Assembly: GCA_039915925.1 (NCBI GenBank)
Contig: JBDSMG010000073.1
Span: 14,902 to 78,901 of the forward strand
Source of the DNA: Sphingomicrobium sp.
GTDB lineage: Bacteria > Pseudomonadota > Alphaproteobacteria > Sphingomonadales > Sphingomonadaceae
Reading direction: 5' to 3'
Length of the DNA: 64,000 nucleotides
A program made the position numbers and the translations under genes. The first letter of the stretch is position 1. Each line of letters begins with the position of its first letter. This document shows, in pieces, positions 9,750-19,066 of the stretch. The notes under the pieces are model-generated. The model saw only the letters and a program-made list of their open reading frames with translations, did no database searches and was not told where the DNA came from.

Positions 9750-11372
9750 TCACCACCATGTGGCGTAGAGCGCGATCAGGATCAGGATAACCCCGGCACC
9801 GGCCGCGTTGAAGATCGCCGGAGTGCGGAAGCTGACGCCTTCCATGGTGACCCGATTGGGATCGGCGCGGCCGCGCAGCGTCAAGGAGACGATCACCGCC
9901 AATGCCAGGGACGCCAGAAACACGATCTCCATCCGGTGCATGAAGGGGATCGCGTTCAACTGAGCGCTTCCGCCATATTGGGCGGGCAGCCAAAAGATGA
10001 AGCTGACAATGACCGAACAAAGGGCAGCGGCGATCGCACCCAGTTCCGTCGCCCGCTTCCAGAACAGTCCGAGCAGGAAGATGACGGTAATGCCCGGCGT
10101 GAAAAAGCCGGAGAATTCCTGGATGAACTGGAACGCCTGTTCCGACTTGCCGATCAGCGGGCGCGCAGCGAGCAGCGCAATGACGACGGCAATGGCGGCC
10201 ACGCTGCGGCCGATCAACACCAGATGCTTTTCTTCGGCACCGCTCTCGGCTTCACCGTCCTCCGCACGAGTCCGTTCGCCTCTGAACTTGGCGTAGAGGT
10301 CGAGCGTGAAGATGGTCGCGATCGAATTGATCTTGGATGCCGTCGAGGCAATGATCGCCGCGACCAGCGCCGCGAACACCAGGCCAAGCAGCCCCGGCGG
10401 AAGCAGACGCATCATGGTTGGATACGCTTCGTCGGGCTTGGCGAGGCCCGGCGCGAGAATGACGGCGGCGATGCCGGGGAGAACGATGATCACTGGCATG
10501 AGCAGCTTCAGGTAAGCGGCCAGCACCACGCCCTTCTGCGCTTCGCCGATGTTCTTTGCGGCGAGCGCGCGCTGGATGATATATTGGTTGAAGCCCCAAT
10601 AGCTGAGGTTCGCGATCCACATGCCGCCGACGAGAACGGCAATGCCCGGCAAGTCCTTGAAGTGCGGATTGCTGGTGTCGAGGATCATGTCGAAATGGTC
10701 GGGGACCTTTGCCGTGAGCGTTGCAAAGCCGGCAAGCACGCCATGGCCGCCGCCGATCTGATCGAGCGTGAGATAGGAAACGACCAAGCCGCCGAGCACA
10801 AGCAGGGTCACCTGCACGAAGTCTGTCAGAGCGACCGCCTTCAGGCCGCCATAGAGCTGGTAGAGCAGGGCGAATGCACCAAGGCCGATGAGCGCGATAT
10901 TCTGATCGACGCCCGCGACCTTGTTCACGGCAATCGAGCCAAGCCAGATGATCGAGGTCAGGTTCACGAACACGTAAAGTAGCAGCCAGAAGATCGCCAT
11001 GATCACCGGAAGCACCTTGCCGTACCTTTGCTCGAGGAACTGCGGCATGGTGTAGATGTGGTTGCGCAGGAAGATCGGCAGGAAGAATTTTCCGACGATC
11101 AGCAACGTCGCGGCGGCCATCCATTCGTAGGACGCGATCGCAAGCCCCATTGCGTAGCCTGAACCCGACATGCCGACGATCTGCTCGGCGGAGATGTTGG
11201 CTGCGATGAGCGAGGTGCCGATCGCCCACCACGGGAGCGACTTTGACGCGAGGAAATAGTCGGAGGTGTCCTTGGTATGGCCGGCTTTCTCGCGGCTGAC
11301 ATATTGCGCAAGCGCGAAGATCGCGATCGCGTAGATGACGACGACAATTGCGTCGATGGTCGACAGTGACAT
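9750..11372 (-). CDS. Sodium:sugar symporter (SSS family, vSGLT-like)
   Basis: 540 aa polytopic; DYFLASKSLPWWAIGTSLIAANISAEQIVG, YEWMAA, YWGFNQYIIQRALAAK. Confidence 0.92.
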   Translation of the reverse strand: MSLSTIDAIVVVIYAIAIFALAQYVSREKAGHTKDTSDYFLASKSLPWWAIGTSLIAANISAEQIVGMSGSGYAMGLAIASYEWMAAATLLIVGKFFLPIFLRNHIYTMPQFLEQRYGKVLPVIMAIFWLLLYVFVNLTSIIWLGSIAVNKVAGVDQNIALIGLGAFALLYQLYGGLKAVALTDFVQVTLLVLGGLVVSYLTLDQIGGGHGVLAGFATLTAKVPDHFDMILDTSNPHFKDLPGIAVLVGGMWIANLSYWGFNQYIIQRALAAKNIGEAQKGVVLAAYLKLLMPVIIVLPGIAAVILAPGLAKPDEAYPTMMRLLPPGLLGLVFAALVAAIIASTASKINSIATIFTLDLYAKFRGERTRAEDGEAESGAEEKHLVLIGRSVAAIAVVIALLAARPLIGKSEQAFQFIQEFSGFFTPGITVIFLLGLFWKRATELGAIAAALCSVIVSFIFWLPAQYGGSAQLNAIPFMHRMEIVFLASLALAVIVSLTLRGRADPNRVTMEGVSFRTPAIFNAAGAGVILILIALYATWW

Positions 11373-11457
11373 CCCCCGGCTCCCGTTTCTTGTCTGCGTT
11401 TTAGCACGTGGGTAACCGGCCCAGTGGGATGCGGCAAGTCACCGACGAGGCGACCTG

Positions 11458-12126
11458 CTAAGGAAAAAATACGAGCCGTTGAGTAAGCCGAGGGTTTCTG
11501 AACCGCTCGTCGCTCTTGATCCAGTCTCCGCTGATTTCTCCGGAATGAGGCACGAAGCCGGGGTAGATGGCAAGCCGGTTGAAGGCGGCCTCAATGCGAG
11601 CGCGAAGTCTGAAACTAGAATCGTTGCTAGTCATATATCCTTCCGCGGGTCTCGCATGAAGCGGGCCGGGCACTTGCTCGAAGAACAGAGTTCCCCCGCG
11701 GTCCTCCCGGTTCAGGTAGATCAGTCCGAACACAGGCACCGGGTCCGTGTGCGGTATCCGTTGCTTCTGTGACAGGTCGTCAGGGTGCACATCGACGATG
11801 CCGAAGTCGGTATGAAGGTTGCGGAAGGCCGCGATCGATTGCCCGTTGTAGATGATCGATGGGACCCGTGGGAGGAACTGGTCGGTCACGAGAGCTAGAG
11901 CCCAGGCGATCAGATTCGTCAGTGAAGGATTTGGTGGCGGGATCGCGAGTTTGCCTGGGTAAGGGTAAGGCGGCCTCGTATAGGTTAGCTGGAGGGCCAT
12001 CTCACGAATTTCATCCGGCCGCTCGTAGACATTGTCCACGATGATTGCTGGCACGACGCCCCCAAGCATCTCGAACGAGAATCGTTGTTTCGTCGACAAT
12101 TCGAACAATCGGTCGTCTATCTGCAT
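11458..12126 (-). CDS. DUF6445-like protein, putative Fe(II)/2-oxoglutarate double-stranded beta-helix fold
   Basis: 222 aa; IIVDNVYERPDEIRE, YPGK, IPHTDP, LIYLN, GGTLFF, FNRLAIYPGFVPHSG, RLTQRLVF; H-x-D...H triad. Confidence 0.65.
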   Translation of the reverse strand: MQIDDRLFELSTKQRFSFEMLGGVVPAIIVDNVYERPDEIREMALQLTYTRPPYPYPGKLAIPPPNPSLTNLIAWALALVTDQFLPRVPSIIYNGQSIAAFRNLHTDFGIVDVHPDDLSQKQRIPHTDPVPVFGLIYLNREDRGGTLFFEQVPGPLHARPAEGYMTSNDSSFRLRARIEAAFNRLAIYPGFVPHSGEISGDWIKSDERFRNPRLTQRLVFFP

Positions 12127-12390
12127 CAGAGCCCTTTACGCGAGCTCGCCCGCAGCACGCAAAGTGCACTGTCCGAACATCCCCGCGCCGGCCAACGAAT
12201 GTTGTGGCTGGCGGGCAACAGGTGCTGCGCGCGAATGCGCGCGTCCATCCAGCGCAATTGACTGACTTGGAAAACTCAATAGGAACAAGCATCAAAGCTC
12301 GGACAAAAGAGCGGAGAGGGTGCACTACCGACGACCGGGTTGCTGGAATAATAACAAAAATATCCAGCAACTTAGTCGATCGATCACCGT

Positions 12391-12404
12391 TGGTAGCGGT
12401 ATCA
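12391..12404. promoter_or_regulatory. LacI-family operator TGGTAGCGGTATCA
   Basis: Near-palindrome 86 nt upstream of the TonB-dependent receptor start. Confidence 0.75.
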
Positions 12405-12489
12405 TTCTCCAGCGATTCGCCGGGTTTCGGTTTTGGTTCGCCGCAAGGCGTGCCCGGTGCGTAATCCGGGAAGTTGGGGAGAAAATTTA

Positions 12490-15400
12490 ATGACTGCACG
12501 GTCCTTCACTGCGTCTCGCGCGCTGCGCGGTGGTGCATCCACGATGGTCTTGGGAGCGATGCTTTTCGCGCCTGCCGCTTACGCGCAGACCACGACGCCG
12601 GCCGAGACGGAGGCGACCAAGCCGCTCTCCGCGCAGACGGATCCGGCAGTTGCCGCAGCCCCGAAGGACGATCCGGGAGCGATTGTCGTCACGGGTCAGC
12701 GCCGCGCGCTGCGCAACGCTCAGCAGATCAAGCGGAACGCCGACACGGTCGTTGACTCGATCACGGCCACCGACATCGGCGCCTTCCCCGACAAGTCGAT
12801 CGCCGAAGCGCTGCAGCGCGTTCCGGGCATCACCGTCAATCGCTTCGCGGCGACCGGCGACACCGCCCACTTCTCGGCCGAGCCGTCGGGCGTCATTGTC
12901 CGCGGTCTTCCGCAGGTCCGTTCCGAATTCAACGGCCGCGACACGTTCTCGGCGAACTCCTCACGCGGCTTGAGCTGGAGCGACATCACCCCCGAACTCA
13001 TGGCGGGGGTCGACACGTACAAGAACCAGACTGCAGAACTGATCGAGGGCGGGATCGCCGGCTCGATCAATATGCGCACCCGGGTTCCGTTCGATGCCAC
13101 CGGACAATTGTTCCAGGTGGGCGCGAACATGAACTACAACGACCTCGCCAAGAAGTGGTCGCCTGATGCCAACGTCTTCTACAGCAACCGCTGGAGCACC
13201 GGCCTCGGCGAAATCGGCATCATGGCCAATGGCGCTTATTCGAAGGTCAATACCGCGTCGCAGGGCATCCAATATGGTCGCGCCGGGGTGTTCGACAATG
13301 TTTTCCCGGCATCGGGCATGACGACCGTCTATGCGCCTTCGGGCGTGTCGTTCCGCGACAACCTTTATGAGCGGACGAGGACCGGCATCGCCGCCGCCGT
13401 TCAGTGGAAGAGCCTCGACGACAGGCTGCTCTTCACGACCCAGTACAATCGCTCGGTTTACAAGAGCGGCTGGGACGAGCGCGTGGTGTCCGCGAACTTC
13501 TTCGGCCTGTTCGGACAGAATGCGACATACCGTTTCAACCCGACCAATGACCCGCTCAGCGGCGGCGTCCGGCAGAACCCGCGCCAAGCGCCCGGGTCTA
13601 GTCCGTTCACGTTCGACGACGACGGTTGGCTGAACGGCGGTACGTTTTCGCAATACAACGGCTGGTTCGGTCCTCCCGGCGAACAGGCCGGGTTTGGCGT
13701 ACTCAGCTCCGGCCAGCCGATTTTCCAGGCCTGTTACACGTGGGGTTGCCCGACCGGCGGTCAACCGGGCACCTATGGCGCGGGCGCAAACACCGCCAGC
13801 CGCTCCAACAGCAACCGCAACATGACCCAGGACATCTCAGCGAACCTGAAGTTCGAGGCGACCGATCGTCTGCGCTTCAACGTTGATGCTCAACGGGTGA
13901 ATTCGACGATAGACAATTATGACATCGAGGTCGACTTCAACTCCTTCGCGAACGTCCAGGCGGAGTTCAATGGCCGGCCGACAGTCGCGTTCCTGCCTCC
14001 GACGCACGTCAATCAATCGCCGGGCGGACTGGCTAACCCGAACAATTATTACATCAATGCGGTCATGGATCACCTCGAGGACAGCGCGGGGCGCGAATAC
14101 GCGCTCCGGGGTGACGGCGAGTACGATCTGAACACGAACTGGTTCGATTCGATCAAGTTCGGTGCCCGCATGGCGGACCGGAAGCAGAAGGTTCAGTGGA
14201 GCACCTACAATTGGCACAACGTCGCCAATACCTGGACAGACTACAGCCCATGTCCGCACCCGTATTTCAACCTCGACAGTACTCCAAAGACGTGCGTGAG
14301 GCCCGGTCAGCCAACGGTGAACTTCCAAGGCTATCCGAGCGGATTTTACGAGACTGCGCCGTTCGGGACGGCGTACCATGGCGGCAATCTCGGCGACTTC
14401 GTATTCGTGCCGCGCGACTTCCTGAGGGAGGGTCGGGCAAGCGAATTCAGTCAGACCCAAACGGGCGTCGGAAGCTTCGAGCCGATCTGTAATCGCAATG
14501 GTCAGAGGACGCAGGGCGGCGATGTCATCGCCGTTGAGCTACCCGACAGCTGTTTCACGGCCGATGAGATTTCCGATGTTTCGGAAAAGACCAAAGCGGT
14601 CTATGCAATGCTTCGCTTCGGCGGGCCTAACGCGTCGATCGGCGGGATCGGGGTTAGTGGCAACCTTGGCGTTCGCTACGTCGGCACCACCAACGAGAGC
14701 CGCGGTTTCACCCGGTGGCCCGGCCAAGTGACGAATAGCAACTGTCCGACCGTTGCGCTCGTTCCAGGTGGTCTGACAGGAACGAGGACGACGCCGCCGA
14801 CAGGGGCACCCGGTGCGTTCGCTCCTTGGCCGGTGGAATGCTACCTGAGCGGGGCGGACCTGGCCTTCGATACTGGCGGCGGTGCCGAGTCGACCGTTAA
14901 GGTGAAGCATCATCATCTGCTTCCGAGCTTCAACATTCGCTTCGATCTCAGCCCCAAATGGCTGTTGCGCTTCGCGGCATCGAAAGCCATGTCGCGGCCA
15001 GATATCGGCCAGTTGAAGAACTTCGTGGCAATTAGCCAAGGGCGGCCGTCCAACGTTTCGACCGATCCTCGATGGATCCTAAACGCGGCGGGCCAGCCGA
15101 TCGGTGTGAACCCGACTTACACAGCCACGGCGTTTAATCCTTATCTGAAGCCGATCACCGCCTTGCAGTTCGACCTTTCGCTGGAGAATTATTTCGCCAA
15201 TGTCGGGTCGTTCAGCTTCGCTTTGTTCCACAAGCGCTTCAAGAACTACATCCAGACGGGTTCGTTCGGTGTTGACTACACGAACGGCGGCACCACGCGT
15301 ACAGTGACGGTACAGGGCCCCGCGAACGGCAAGGGTGCGAAGATCTCGGGCTTCGAAGTGGCCTACACGCGCTTCTTCGACTTCCTGCCGGATCCGCTGA

Positions 15401-15894
15401 ATGGTCTGGGCATCCAAACCAACGCCACTTACGTGAAGAATACGGGCATTCCGAACTCTGGTCTTTCGAGCGTGGGCTCTCCGCTGGCAAACGGCGGCAG
15501 CTTCACGAACGGAACGGTTCTGAACCCGGGTTCGCTCGAGGGCCTGTCGAAGTGGTCGTACAACGTCATCGGAATGTACGAGAAGAACGGCCTCTACCTG
15601 CGTCTGGCCTACAACTGGGCGTCGAAGAAGCTGGTCACTGCGGTGGATTGCTGCGTCGCTCTGCCGGTTTGGCAGAAGCCGGCGGGCTACCTCGACGGCT
15701 CCGTCCGTTACGACGTCAACCAGTCAGTTCAGCTGAGCTTCCAGGTTAGCAACCTGCTCAACACGCAGACTAAGCTGATGCAGCAGGTGGCGGATGAGGA
15801 CAGCCCCGAGGGCAAGCGCATCCTGGTCCCGAACGCGTTCTTCCAGCAGGACCGCCGTTACACGATCGGTGCTCGCCTGAAACTCGGCAAGTAA
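12490..15894 (+). CDS. TonB-dependent receptor (glycan importer)
   Basis: 1134 aa from ATG 12490 (RBS GGGGAG); signal peptide, IVVTGQR, plug motif DIGAFPDKSIAEALQRVPGI, YKNQTAELIEGGIAGSIN, C-terminal NLLN...DRRYTIGARL. Confidence 0.95.
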   Translation: MTARSFTASRALRGGASTMVLGAMLFAPAAYAQTTTPAETEATKPLSAQTDPAVAAAPKDDPGAIVVTGQRRALRNAQQIKRNADTVVDSITATDIGAFPDKSIAEALQRVPGITVNRFAATGDTAHFSAEPSGVIVRGLPQVRSEFNGRDTFSANSSRGLSWSDITPELMAGVDTYKNQTAELIEGGIAGSINMRTRVPFDATGQLFQVGANMNYNDLAKKWSPDANVFYSNRWSTGLGEIGIMANGAYSKVNTASQGIQYGRAGVFDNVFPASGMTTVYAPSGVSFRDNLYERTRTGIAAAVQWKSLDDRLLFTTQYNRSVYKSGWDERVVSANFFGLFGQNATYRFNPTNDPLSGGVRQNPRQAPGSSPFTFDDDGWLNGGTFSQYNGWFGPPGEQAGFGVLSSGQPIFQACYTWGCPTGGQPGTYGAGANTASRSNSNRNMTQDISANLKFEATDRLRFNVDAQRVNSTIDNYDIEVDFNSFANVQAEFNGRPTVAFLPPTHVNQSPGGLANPNNYYINAVMDHLEDSAGREYALRGDGEYDLNTNWFDSIKFGARMADRKQKVQWSTYNWHNVANTWTDYSPCPHPYFNLDSTPKTCVRPGQPTVNFQGYPSGFYETAPFGTAYHGGNLGDFVFVPRDFLREGRASEFSQTQTGVGSFEPICNRNGQRTQGGDVIAVELPDSCFTADEISDVSEKTKAVYAMLRFGGPNASIGGIGVSGNLGVRYVGTTNESRGFTRWPGQVTNSNCPTVALVPGGLTGTRTTPPTGAPGAFAPWPVECYLSGADLAFDTGGGAESTVKVKHHHLLPSFNIRFDLSPKWLLRFAASKAMSRPDIGQLKNFVAISQGRPSNVSTDPRWILNAAGQPIGVNPTYTATAFNPYLKPITALQFDLSLENYFANVGSFSFALFHKRFKNYIQTGSFGVDYTNGGTTRTVTVQGPANGKGAKISGFEVAYTRFFDFLPDPLNGLGIQTNATYVKNTGIPNSGLSSVGSPLANGGSFTNGTVLNPGSLEGLSKWSYNVIGMYEKNGLYLRLAYNWASKKLVTAVDCCVALPVWQKPAGYLDGSVRYDVNQSVQLSFQVSNLLNTQTKLMQQVADEDSPEGKRILVPNAFFQQDRRYTIGARLKLGK

Positions 15895-15904
15895 GCTCTA
15901 ATCG

Positions 15905-15943
15905 GGGCCGGGCGCTGCACCGTGCAGCGCCCGGCCCTTTTTT
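15905..15943 (+). terminator. Rho-independent terminator after the TonB-dependent receptor
   Basis: GGGCCGGGCGCTGCAC-c-GTGCAGCGCCCGGCCC perfect inverted repeat followed by TTTTTT. Confidence 0.88.
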
Positions 15944-16025
15944 GTGCCCGCCGCACGTGCGGTCGGCATGACTTGGGCTTGCATCGCCCGCTCAAAGAGG
16001 CATGACGCCGCGGGGAGTCCGGCCG

Positions 16026-17561
16026 GTGAATGATCCAGTCGAAGTAGTGATCCTGGGCGGTGGAACGGCCGGCTGGATGGCCGCGGCCGCGCTTTCGGCC
16101 TTGCTGCCGCGCAGCCGGTGCAACGTCCGTCTGGTGGAATCTGAAGAGATCGGAATCGTCGGCGTGGGTGAAGCGACCCTGCCGCACATGAAGAATTTCA
16201 ACGACGCGGTCGGGATCGACGAAGCGGAGATGATCCGCGCCACCAAGGCGACCTTCAAGCTTGGTATCGAGTTCCGCGACTGGGGTTTTCTGGGATCGTC
16301 CTATGTGCATCCGTTCGGAATTCACGGAGCTTCAGAAACCAGCCTCGGCTTCCACCACAAATGGCTGCGCGCGGCGCAGACTGGGCATGAGTCCAATCTC
16401 GAGGATTTCTCATTTGCGATCGTCGCCAGCCGCCAAAACCGCTTCGACTTCCCGGCCGCGACCGGCAAACCCGGGATCGCCTCTACCTACAGCTACGCCT
16501 ATCATTTCGACGCGAGCCTCTACGCTGCATTCCTGCGAAAGTTCGTCGAGGCGAGGGGCGTCACACGGATCGAGGGCATGGTGCGCGCGGTCAACAAGAC
16601 CCCCGGTGGGGATATAGCCTCGCTAACACTCGAGTCCGGCGAAGTGGTGAGCGGCAATTTTTTCATCGACTGCTCCGGTTTCCGCTCGATCATCCTCGGC
16701 GAAGCGCTTGGGGCGGAGTGGGAGGATTGGAGCAATTGGCTTCCGTGCGATCGCGCCTGGGCCGTGCCGTCCGCGAACGTTGGTGAGTTGACGCCTTATA
16801 CGCGCTCAACCGCGCTTGACGCTGGCTGGCAATGGCGCATCCCGCTGCAGCATCGCACCGGCAACGGTCATGTTTTCTCGACCGGTTTCACGACGGAGGA
16901 GCAAGCGCGCGAGACCCTGCTTGCTAATCTCGATGGCCAGGCGCTTGCCGAGCCGCGCTTGCTGCGCTTCCAGGCAGGCCGACGCCTCGGTTCATGGCAC
17001 CGCAACTGCCTCGCGCTCGGGCTCGCGAGCGGTTTCCTGGAGCCGCTTGAATCGACGAGCATCTATCTCGTGCAGATCGCGCTGATGCACCTGCTGCCGC
17101 TGTTCCCGGGACGGCAGACCGAGCCCGCGCTTCGCGACGAGTTCAACCGCCGGATGGAGGTCGAATATGAACGCATCCGCGACTTCCTGATCCTCCACTA
17201 CCATCTGACCAACCGCGACGATTCCGAGTTGTGGCGCTATTGCCGGGCGATGGACGTTCCGGAGAGTTTGACCTTCAAGATCGAGCGCTTTCGGCGCCGC
17301 GGCTACATCGAGCGGTACCGCGAAGGGTTGTTCACGCCGCCGAGCTGGCTCAGCGTCCTAGTCGGGCAAGGACTGAAGCCCGAGCATTATCATCCGACCA
17401 TGGACAATGTCCCGGCCGAGGAGGTCGCGCGCGAACTCGAGGAACTTCGCACCGACATCCTCGACCGCGTTGAAGAAATGCCGAAGCACGAAGCAGTGAT
17501 GGCCCGCTACACGCGCGACGGATTCGCCTCCGACCCATTTGCATTCGGGCTCAATGCATGA
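16026..17561 (+). CDS. Tryptophan-halogenase-family flavoprotein 1
   Basis: GGGTAGW, VGVGEAT, ATFKLGI (catalytic Lys position), WQWRIP, FLEPLESTS; start placed at GTG 16026 after GGGGAG. Confidence 0.9.
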   Translation: MNDPVEVVILGGGTAGWMAAAALSALLPRSRCNVRLVESEEIGIVGVGEATLPHMKNFNDAVGIDEAEMIRATKATFKLGIEFRDWGFLGSSYVHPFGIHGASETSLGFHHKWLRAAQTGHESNLEDFSFAIVASRQNRFDFPAATGKPGIASTYSYAYHFDASLYAAFLRKFVEARGVTRIEGMVRAVNKTPGGDIASLTLESGEVVSGNFFIDCSGFRSIILGEALGAEWEDWSNWLPCDRAWAVPSANVGELTPYTRSTALDAGWQWRIPLQHRTGNGHVFSTGFTTEEQARETLLANLDGQALAEPRLLRFQAGRRLGSWHRNCLALGLASGFLEPLESTSIYLVQIALMHLLPLFPGRQTEPALRDEFNRRMEVEYERIRDFLILHYHLTNRDDSELWRYCRAMDVPESLTFKIERFRRRGYIERYREGLFTPPSWLSVLVGQGLKPEHYHPTMDNVPAEEVARELEELRTDILDRVEEMPKHEAVMARYTRDGFASDPFAFGLNA

Positions 17562-19066
17562 TGCAGCCGGTTCGCAAGGTCGTGGTCGTCGGGCGCGACG
17601 GTCCGGCGTGGATGGCGGCATTGTCGCTGCAGCGCGCACTCGGCCGCGCGGGCCTTGAGGTCTCGGTCGTCGAACTGCCGTCGCTGTTGCGCGGCGCGGA
17701 TGTGTATGCGGCGCTGCCGTCCTTGCGGTCGCTGCACGACTTGCTCGGTCTTGATGAAGCGGCGGTGCTCACCGCTGCGCGAGGCGTTCCGATGGTTGCG
17801 CAACGCTATTCGGAATGGACCCCGGGCGCGGCCTTTCTGCAGGGCTATGACAGCGTCGAGGCACCCGGCGCTTTCCTCAGCTTTGTGCAGCTCTGGGCGA
17901 AGGCGCGGATCAAAGGCCTGCCGGTTCCATTCGAGGAGTTTTCCTACGGCGCAATGGCTGCGCGGCTCGGCCGCGTCCCTTCCGAAAGCGATGACCCGGA
18001 GGCGCTCGGCGCCACCTATGGCTATCATCTCGACGCGAACGCTTATTCCTTGCTGTTACGCACGCTCTCCGAACGACGCGGCATAAAGGTGCGTTCGACG
18101 CCGATCGCCGATGTGGAGATCAGCGAAGATCGAATTTTGGCGATCGAGCTTGCCGACGGTCAGCGCATCGAGGCCGATCTGTTCGTCGATGCCTCGGGTG
18201 CGGAGGCGGTGCTGATCTCACGCCTGCCGCAGAGTGCGTTCGAGGCGTGGGATGCCTTTCTTCCGTGCGACCGCTTGCTCGCGGCATCGGCGCCCAGACT
18301 TAGCCCATTGCCCGCCTTCAGTCAGGTCACCGCCTTCGACGCGGGCTGGGCCGGCATGTTTCCGCTGCAGGAACGCACTGCGGTGGTTGCGGCGTACCGA
18401 TCGACCGAAATCGGCGACGACGAATTGCTTCACAAGCTGAAAGCGGATGTTGGGATGCCGGTCGAGGGCGACGCCGTGGTGAGCACGATCGCTCCAGGTG
18501 TGCGCAAATCGCCGTGGATCGGCAATTGCGTTGCCGTCGCAGATGCGGCGGCGTTCCTGGAGCCGCTAGACTCGCTTCAGTTGCACATGGCGCATGTGTG
18601 CGTGACTCAGTTGATCAATTTCTTCCCGGTGGATTCCGACACGAGGATTGAAGCGACAGATTACAACGCCGCAGTGCGGCTGCACGCGTCGAACCTGCGC
18701 GACTTCCAGCAGTCACATTACAAGCTCAACCGAAGGACCGGGCAACGCCTGTGGGACGAAGCACGCTCGGCCGAGGTCTCCGACGGACTTGCCCAGAAGC
18801 TTCGTGTGTTCCAAGCCCGCAGCGAGGCGGTGCTCTATGACGAAGAAACGTTCGAAGCAGGCAGCTGGGCATCGATGTTTATCGGTCACGGGCTCACGCC
18901 CGAAGGATATGATCCGCGAGCCGACCTGATCGAGGAGCAGGATCACATCGAGCGGATTCAGGCCCGCCTACGCGAAATCGCAGGAAGCATTCCGGCCCTG
19001 CCCACGATAGAAGCCTTCCTGACCGCAACCCAGATTCCTGTGAAAGCACCGGCACCAGCATCATGA
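17558..19066 (+). CDS. Tryptophan-halogenase-family protein 2, catalytic motifs degenerate
   Basis: 502 aa, collinear with neighbours (YHLDA, FVDASG, FLEPL, YDEETF..SW..IGHG) but GRDGPAW, VPMVAQ, WAGMFP and LDSLQL replace the signature motifs; ATGA overlaps at both ends. Confidence 0.82.
   Translation: MMQPVRKVVVVGRDGPAWMAALSLQRALGRAGLEVSVVELPSLLRGADVYAALPSLRSLHDLLGLDEAAVLTAARGVPMVAQRYSEWTPGAAFLQGYDSVEAPGAFLSFVQLWAKARIKGLPVPFEEFSYGAMAARLGRVPSESDDPEALGATYGYHLDANAYSLLLRTLSERRGIKVRSTPIADVEISEDRILAIELADGQRIEADLFVDASGAEAVLISRLPQSAFEAWDAFLPCDRLLAASAPRLSPLPAFSQVTAFDAGWAGMFPLQERTAVVAAYRSTEIGDDELLHKLKADVGMPVEGDAVVSTIAPGVRKSPWIGNCVAVADAAAFLEPLDSLQLHMAHVCVTQLINFFPVDSDTRIEATDYNAAVRLHASNLRDFQQSHYKLNRRTGQRLWDEARSAEVSDGLAQKLRVFQARSEAVLYDEETFEAGSWASMFIGHGLTPEGYDPRADLIEEQDHIERIQARLREIAGSIPALPTIEAFLTATQIPVKAPAPAS

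Noticed and set aside
11409-11423. TGGGTAACCGGCCCA upstream of the Na+/sugar symporter as an operator
   Set aside because: Only a GGTAACCGG half resembles a LacI site, and spacing differs from the eight-site consensus; possible site for another regulator but unsupported.
17558-19066. Calling halogenase 2 a pseudogene
   Set aside because: Full length, no frameshift or stop, coupled at both ends, with structural residues retained.
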